64,000 nt of DNA, taken from NCBI GenBank assembly GCA_013239625.1, contig MU053352.1:107485-171484 (forward strand). The letters are read 5' to 3'. Below the pieces are notes generated by a model that saw only the letters and a list, made by a program, of their open reading frames with translations, had not been told where the DNA came from and did not search any database. The stretch's first letter is position 1, and the number at the start of each line of letters is the position of its first letter. Source of the DNA: Lama guanicoe. Lineage: Eukaryota. The position numbers and the translations under genes were made by a program. Shown here one piece after another: positions 56,501 through 64,000 of the stretch.

Positions 56501-57236
56501 AGAATGGATTGCTTATTGGATCTGTAGATAGTAAGAAGGAAGGAGGGAGGGAAAAAGGAAGGAAAGAAAGACAATCACAACACTAAGATCACTGAATATT
56601 CAAGTATTGGGGGACCAAAGAGATCTTCCAACTTGACTCCATAATACATTCGCTGGTTCCACAAATAACTCTTGAGTGTCCTATACATGCCTGTCACTGT
56701 CCCAGGTGCTGCAGACAGCAAGATGCAAAGACGTAGGGGTGTGCAATTCCAATGGGGAAAGACCTTACTAATGAGAAACTGAGACCCAGAGAATGGACAG
56801 ACCTTGTCAAAGTTGCCCAGACTGTTGGTGGAAGAGCTAGGGCTGAAACCCAGGCCTGCAGCCTCCTGTCTGGTTTTATTATCTACCCTGGGCTTAAAGT
56901 ACAGTGAAGGAAATAGACTTGATTACGCAGGTAATGCTTACAAGTGTAAAGATAAGTGAACCACAAAACTGGCTTCCCAGAAAGAGATTTCCTCTTCTAC
57001 ATATGCTTTCTAAAGGTCATAATCATTGCCAGACAATGGAAAGACCTCCCTATGCCACAGAATACTACCTTCAACATCCATTCACAGAAACAAATATTTA
57101 GGAGTCATTATAAATTAACACTGTTCACACACACACACCCCTTTCCAAATGATGATTTGTGTGCCCTTACTGAGACACCAAAAATGCTAAGACAAATTAA
57201 TAAGGCACAGATTCAGCTTAAAAAATGATCTTCTGA

Positions 57237-57561
57237 TGAAAACAAAAACAAACAAACAAACAAACAAAAACAAAGCATAAATACAGGACAGAAATAGACT
57301 CATAGACAGAGAATACAGACTTGTGGTTGCCAGGGGGGTGGAGGGTGGGAAGGGATAGACTGGGATTTCAAAATTGTAGAATAGATAAACAAGATTACAC
57401 TGTATAGCACAGGGAAATATACACAAAATTTTATGATAACTCACAGAGAAAAAAATGTGACAATGAGTGTGTATATGTCCATGAATGAAAAATTGTGCTG
57501 AACACTGGAATTTGACACAACATTATAAAAATGATTATAAATCAATAAAAAATGTTAAAAG
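57237..57561 (+). mobile_element. Young 5'-truncated L1 3' end with TSD
   Basis: TT/AAAA site; TSD aaaaatgatct-tctga (57221-57236) / aaaaatgatctgtctga (57562-57578); reverse complement closely matches 7586-7900. Confidence 0.9.
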
Positions 57562-58769
57562 AAAAATGATCTGTCTGAGCAAAGGGAAAAACCGAACCTA
57601 TGGTCAAATATCATTGATCCTTGGGATTTTCTCAGGATCTTAGGTAAACTCCTCAACTGGGGTTTTCCAAGTTTGGGAAATCCTATCAGGAATCAAGAAG
57701 AACAAAGGAGTGTTCATTCTCACTACACTGAATGACAAAGATGTAACAGTCAAAGGCCTAGGGCTTAGCCTAATGTTTTCGGCTGACTTTGATTAAAGTA
57801 TCACAGAACATGTACCAAAATGAAACCGTATATATACAAACACATATAAACATCCCCACAAATATATACCCACAAAGACGTACACACAAACATCCACCCC
57901 AAACACAGAATAAAGATCTGAGATAAAGAACTATCCATTCTAAATCGGCTACACTTGGGGAAAGAACTACTGTGATGATGTTTCAAAATGCAAAATCCTG
58001 AAATCTTTGTCTTTGGAGTGATTCTGTGATTGGCGGAGGGCCTGCTGTTTGACCGTACAGCTTCATATTGGCGCTATATATTGACCCTTGCTGAGACTGC
58101 AACTGCTGATGGGTGAGAAGAGGTGGTTCAGGTTGTGTGGGAAAAGTGGAGAAGCCAAAGTGAGATTTTTTTATATGGGCTTAGGCCATGGATCCAACCG
58201 TAAGGCCTCATTTTTAATGGAGGCCCACCACAAAGCCCATTTCCTCTGCCATCCAGGCAGAAGTCATCACAGGTCCCAGTTTAATCTCTTGTTTTGACTC
58301 ATCCTGAGTCACTCCCTGGTTGTTTCCCACTTCCACTCCTTGAGAAAGCACTTGGGTAGGAGATTTTCAGTATTCTCCAGTTATTGTTTCATGTGAAAGA
58401 GCTATGAGCTCTTTGGGGCAAAGGCCTCTTCAAATTACCGACTGTCATTAACATTGTGATTATGCCCACATAGCCCTGATATGGGAGGGCTGTCTTTGCT
58501 TTCTTGAGCACTGGGAGCTGCTGGTGGGTGGCCGTGAGGGCCAATTCCTTTACTGCCTGAATCAGGCATGTGTCAGGTTTTCAATTTCCACAACCTCTAA
58601 GAATAACAGGCTTTTCAGGCCAAAAGGGGTTAAGAGCATTCAACTTACCCCCTCGTTTTATAGTAGAAATTGTGACTCAAAGAGGAAGGGTGATTTGTCC
58701 AAGGACATGGCCTGATCTCTGAGCTCCTAATCCAGTGCTCTGCATTCTTCTCCAAAAACTTTGTTCAGA

Positions 58770-59730
58770 ACAAACTCTTACAATTTCTTATGAAGTTAAA
58801 CCTACACCTAGCCTATGACCCTGCAATTCCACCTGTAAGTATTTATTTGAGAGAAGTGAAAACATACGCTATGGTCTAAATATGTCCCCCCACAAAATTC
58901 ATATGTTGAATTCTAACCCCTAAGGGTACTGGTATTTGGAGGTGGGGCCTTTGGGAGGTGATTAGGTCATGAGGGTGATGCACTCACGAGTGGGATCAGT
59001 GCCCTTATAAAAGAGGCCCCAGCTAGGCCTTTCCACCAGGTAAGGACACAGTGAGAAGATGCCAGCCCTGAACTAGGAAGAGGGCCTTCACCAAAATACA
59101 ACCATGCTGGCAACCTGGTCTCAGACTTCCAGCCTCTGCAACTATGAGAAACAGACTAAGACAACACATATCCACAAAAAGACATACACAAGTGCTTACA
59201 ACAACTTTATCTATAATAGCCAGAAATTAAATACAAACAACCCAAATGTCCATTAACAGGTAAATTGATAAACAAATGGTGGTATATCCATTCAATGGAA
59301 TACTACTCATCAGGAAAAATGAACAAACTACACAGTACAACCTGGATGAGTCTCATAGACATTGAATCAGGAAAGTAGGGCAAACATAAGAGAGTACATA
59401 CTGTATTATTTCTTTTGTATATAGTTCTAAAAGAGGCAAAACTAATCATTAGTCTATAGTGATAGAAAACAGAACATAGTTGTCTAGGGCTGGAGAGGGT
59501 CAATTGGCTGCAGAGACATATGAGAGAAACTTCTGGGGCACAGGCAATGTCCTATATCTTGATTGAGATGGTGGTTACATGGGTATAAAATTTGTCAAAA
59601 ACTCACCAAACTGTCAATAAAAAATTAAATTTTTAAATAATTTTTTAAAACTCACCAAGCTGTACATTTAAAATCTGTTTATTTTACTGCATGTAAACGG
59701 TACCTTAATAAAGTTAATTAATAAAAAGAT
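58770..59730 (+). mobile_element. Old L1 3' region (L1MC/ME-like) interrupted by an MLT1 LTR
   Basis: ctatgaccctgcaattccacc...[LTR]...aacaacccaaatgtccattaacaggt...tccattcaatggaatactactca...accttaataaagtt. Confidence 0.8.
58867..59163 (+). mobile_element. MaLR solo LTR (MLT1A-like) with a 3' internal deletion
   Basis: gctatggtctaaatatgtcccc...aaattcatatgttgaa...ggaggtggggcctttgggaggtgattaggtcatgaggg...cagactaagaca; TSD-like acata/acaca. Confidence 0.9.
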
Positions 59731-60309
59731 AAGCCCTTACACTTTCACTGCTCCTTTCTGTTCACACGGCACTTTCCAACCTCTCACCTCACAATCATCT
59801 CACAACAGCCTTGTGACATCAGCAAGGTAAGGCTGAGGACACCATCTCCATTTTACAGGAGAGAAAACTAAGGCTGAGAAGCAGCAGCAGCCTCAGCCAC
59901 CTGGGCCAGGTACTCAAAGCACTTCTGTGCTCACAGGACCTGGAGAGCATAGAGTTGAACCCTCACTTGTCAGACAGACACACTGTGGCTCAGAGGGACA
60001 GGAACTTGTGAGTCCTCCAGCAAATCAGTGGCAGGACTGGGACTTGGGCCCTAGGCCCCCAGCTCCTGGCTCAGTGTGCTCCCCCACCCACTGCACTTTT
60101 GCCCCCCTCTTCTTCTGTCTCAGGCCGGGGCCTGCTTCTGCTGCCTGAGAGGCCCTCAAATCCCTCCAGGGGCTCCAAGCCTGACTTCCTCACGCTAAGC
60201 CCCAAATCCCAGTTCTGCACTCTTCCTCACGTGACTTCTGGGCTCCTCTGGCCCTGCCGTCAGCTAGTTGTCAGCCCTCTCAAGAGTTATCCACAAGGTG
60301 GTTTCTTAC

Positions 60310-60835
60310 AAAGAACTCCCAGCATTATTCCACCCAAGGACACCTGCCACCAATGAAAGAGTAAGAATTTAGTGATCAAAGAAAAAATTTAAAGAAGATT
60401 AAAGTCCGATCAGTTTCCACTTATAAAATTGTCAAATGTCGTTGAGGTCTACCCCAATGGAGATTTTTCTGTAGACCTACATCATTGGGAACGCCTCATA
60501 GAGTAAATACATGGTTTCTTTTACTCACAGAATTATGTGAGTAAATTATGTGTTAGACCTGTGGGGAAGAACTATAAGGCAGAGTAGCAACACTATGACT
60601 TGACTGTCAAACTTCTTTTATCTTAGGTATTGGTGTATCCCAATGATCTGTACTATTCTAGGGTGTGATAGCTTAGGGGTGAACATGATTTGAACTTATA
60701 CAAGTTTAGAGGTTGTCTAAAATTCAGAACCAGGCAGATCCATGTACTCTGACCCTAAACATGGCCCTAAAGCAAAGTACTTGAAGAAATTGGATCCCTA
60801 AGATTACAGGTGGGGAATTTTGGAAGTCTGTCCAT
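60310..60835 (+). pseudogene. Fragment copy of snoRNA host transcript (TAF1D-like non-coding region) retaining the SNORA18 intron
   Basis: Donor-like GTAAGA at 60361 and acceptor-like ttcttttatcttAG ending 60626 bracket the snoRNA; downstream sequence resembles recalled TAF1D-derived sequence; outer limits approximate. Confidence 0.6.
60441..60584 (+). pseudogene. SNORA18: SNORA18 (ACA18)-like H/ACA snoRNA copy, probably non-functional
   Basis: GTTGAGGTCTACCCCAATGG...CATTGGGAACGCCTCAT hairpin, H box AGAGTA (60500-60505), then ...TTTACTCACAG...GTTAGACCTGTGGGGAAG; matches SNORA18 as recalled; ACA box reads GCA (60579-60581); ~14-nt insertion in hairpin 2. Confidence 0.8.
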
Positions 60836-61005
60836 ATTCCGGAGAACACTGTGTATGTGTGTTAGGGTGTGTTAGCCAGAACAAATCCTAAGAAGTAGGA
60901 GAAAGGAGAGAAAGCATTCAGGACAGGGGAGCAGGGCCAAAGGAGAGGGCAAAATTCAAGGCCTTGCACCAAACCCCCACTCCCTGAAACCCAGAAAATG
61001 GTCCT

Positions 61006-61150
61006 CAGGAGACCATTGTTAGAGCCTCATTAGGCGATAGTTGCTATCATTTATTGAGCACTGTGTTAAGACAGGAGACCATTGTTAGAGTAATAGCAAA
61101 AGAGCCTCATTAGGCGATAGTTGCTATCATTTATTGAGCACTGTGTTAAG
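61006..61150. repeat. Local tandem duplication (65 bp + 79 bp copies)
   Basis: 61006-61070 equals 61072-61150 except for 14 bp missing from copy 1. Confidence 0.95.
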
Positions 61151-63074
61151 TGCTTTACAATCATTATCTCCTTTAATCCTCACAGCACCTCTATGGGATA
61201 GGTGCTAATATCCTCAATTTGTACTTAAGGAAACTGAGACAGAGAGATTAAGTAACTCATGAAAGACAGAAATAGAATTTCAACCCATTGCTTTTAACCA
61301 CACATTAAAAATATGTGCCTACAAAGAATATGTATGTCAAATCACTGCATTACACACTTGAAATTTGTATAATTTCATTTGTCAATTATACCTAAATAAA
61401 ACTGAAAAAAAAAGAAAAGAAAAATTGGGCCCAGAGAGGGTGTCTTAAGGAGAAGGGGAAAAAATACCCTAGGAAGGAACTCAAATGCTGAATTCCAGTC
61501 CCTGCACCACCCCTGACTCACTGCATCACCCTGACAAATCTTTTTCTGTCTAATCTACTGCTCCTCTGTGGGGCCATGAGATTCTCACCACCCACCTCCA
61601 CCAACATCACCCTGATTCCTCAGCCCATAGGCTTCCTTCATCCTCTCTGGGGTCCCAGTATCATGCTACTGATCCCCTCTTCCCAAATTTCCAGCTAGGC
61701 CAGACTTAGGCTCTAACTGGGGCCCAAACCTTGATGGCCTGTGGGTGGAGGGGCAGAGAGGAAATTCCTGGGAGCTCTGCTCAGCTCAGGACCCTTGGCT
61801 CTTTTTCTACAACCTTTAGCAAAGCCCATATCTTGAGCCTTATCACATAATGAGTTTGGTACTTTTGTAGGCCAATAAATCACACACTCCCCTCTCAGAT
61901 GGTGCACAATTCAGGTGATAACCTCAGTCATGCCAACATACCCTCCACTGAAAAATGTTTAAGGAAGCAGAGTTTCTAATACTGTTATCACAGCTCCCTG
62001 ATTACACACATGTCACAAAGACATCACAGCTCCTCAGTTACCTCACTGAGGGGCCCAAAGCTGAAGTCTTGCCAAAGTCAGCTGGTCACCCCCAGGAAGA
62101 CAACTGGTCTGCATTTCCAAATATTCTCACCCTGGTTGCAACTTGCTCAGCTTCTTCCAAAGACCTGGAATTCCGTGGCTTGACTGTGAGCCCTGGAAAT
62201 GCCACTAGACATGGCATGACTCATCCTCCACTTCTCATAAATGGGTCACTAAGGCTCAGTGAAACCACATGGCTCAAGTAGAACCAGAACTCCAGCCTTC
62301 TGCCCCCACGCTGCTTCCTTGATGCTTGCCCCATTTCACACTTCAGCTGGTTTCTGGGCCCATGGAGTTGGCCTCTGAAATACCTCTTCTAGTGTTTTCC
62401 TCACCCCTTCCCCTGACAGCCTCCAGACCATCATCCCTCCCGAAACTGTCACTGCAAATCCTTTTGGTCTCCTTCCTCCAAGTCTCCCCTTTCTACAATC
62501 CATCCTGGGCAATGTGCCAGGTCACTCTCAGACCTGAAAATTATCAGGGGCTCTCCTTTCCTGCCAAAGAAAAACCAAAGCCTTGGCCTGGTGTTCGAGG
62601 CCCTTCACCATCTGATGCCAGCTTGCTAACAGCTTCTCATCCCTCTCCACCTCCTCTCCCGACAGACCCTAAGCTTAGCCCAGATCATCTGGTTGTTGAT
62701 CCAGTATCTCTCTTCTACTTCTGCATTTAGCCAGTGCTGTTACCTCCACTGAGTGTGCAGGACAGTCCTGCCCACCACCCACCTTCACCTCCACCTGCCC
62801 AACCTACCTTCTTACAAGGCTTGGTTCAAATGTCCTCTCACCTCAAGAAGCCTTTCCATACTTCATTCCCAAAGGAAGTAATTGCTCCTTCTTTGGGACC
62901 CTGTGAGAGATGGGCCTTAAACCTTAGGTATTTAGATACCTGTTTTCTCTCCTAATAGGATACAAACCTTCTTAAAACCAGAATATGTATTGGTTTGTTT
63001 GTATGTTTCCCACAGGCCCAGCATGGTACCTTTTATTCATTGATTAATTCTTTCATTAATAATTTGCTGAACAG

Positions 63075-63290
63075 AATGTTGGAGTTCAAGCAACCTGAGC
63101 ATGAGTCCAAGCTCTCTCACTTGCTAGTATTATGACCTTGAATAAAGTACTTAACCATTCTAAGCCTCAGTTTTCTGCTCTGAAAAATGGTTCACAAAGT
63201 TATTGTAATGATTAATGAGGTAACATATGGTATTTGCTCAGCACAATGCCTGGAACATACTGAGTATTCAATTAATGAGGCAATACTACT
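63075..63290 (+). mobile_element. MIR SINE
   Basis: tgaccttgaataaagtacttaaccattctaagcctcagttttc...gctcagcacaatgcctggaacatac. Confidence 0.8.
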
Positions 63291-64000
63291 AATAATGAAA
63301 ATAAACCTAGCTCCTGCTGTGTGCCTGGAATTATGGAGACTGCTGGGGATACAGAGATAGATAAAACTAGGCCCACGCCTTTGAAAACTCAGAGACCAGT
63401 CGGGAAGCAGACAACATGGAAAGAGCTGACCTCCGTATCACATAGGGTGATAAGTGCTGTGACAAAGACACCCACAGGTTGCTCTAGAACTTCCAGAAAG
63501 GGCACTGAACTGGGGCTGTGTCCTGGAGGCAGGCGCTCAGGGAAAGCTCTCCAGGAGAGTGATGTGAGCAGTGTCTGGAAAGACCAGTGGTAATGATCCA
63601 GGGCAATGGGGCAAAATGGGTAAGTGGGGTGGAAGGCACAGTATGAGACCAGGAGCACAGAGGCAAGTTGGAGCACCCCAGCACCCTGCACACAGCTGGT
63701 GCTCAATAAATGTCTGCCAAACAAGAGGCAGCCTGAGGTGGAGGGCAGAGCCCTGGGATTCTCTGCCACAGTCACGGCGTGCGACCTTGGGGAAGTCACA
63801 CTCCTGCCCTGAGCTCCCTGTTCTGAGATGATCCGTCAGGTCGACCCCCATTCCATGATGCCAAGATTTGGGAAGGAATGCGGGGCCTTTGGCTGGTGCA
63901 CCCTTGTTCCTCTGAGTCAGGTAGGGGCATGTTTTCACCTACTCAGTTCAGGAGGAGTTTGGCCTAAGAGGCTGGCACCACCCTCTTTAGGTCACACCTG

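Overview
Mammalian genomic DNA, very probably a camelid, judging from two tRNA-derived Vic-1-type SINEs. It contains one complete, intact protein-coding gene on the minus strand: SLC5A1 (SGLT1, Na+/glucose cotransporter). I mapped all 15 coding exons by hand between ATG 50223 and TGA 6550. Every intron is GT-AG, phases are consistent, and the CDS is 1992 nt (663 aa). The gene has its known TATA/HNF1/GC-box proximal promoter and a likely poly(A) signal ~1.9 kb after the stop. The rest is intronic or intergenic DNA rich in L1, L2, MIR, MLT1, MER transposons and microsatellites; nearly all ORFs in the track are spurious. The least expected items are: (1) a SNORA18-like H/ACA snoRNA copy still inside a GT..AG intron with flanking TAF1D-like host sequence, ~10 kb upstream of SLC5A1; (2) a solo ERV1-type LTR in intron 3 with an 8x CCAAT / 2x octamer array, pointing antisense into exon 3; (3) an apparent 6-nt shift of the exon 15 splice acceptor; (4) changed N-glycosylation sequons in SGLT1; (5) a candidate HNF4/CDX/GATA/HNF1 enhancer in intron 2; (6) several repair and retrotransposition scars. 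I see no convincing evidence of a wholly new multi-gene system. Repeat family names and cross-species comparisons come from memory of consensus sequences, not database searches.
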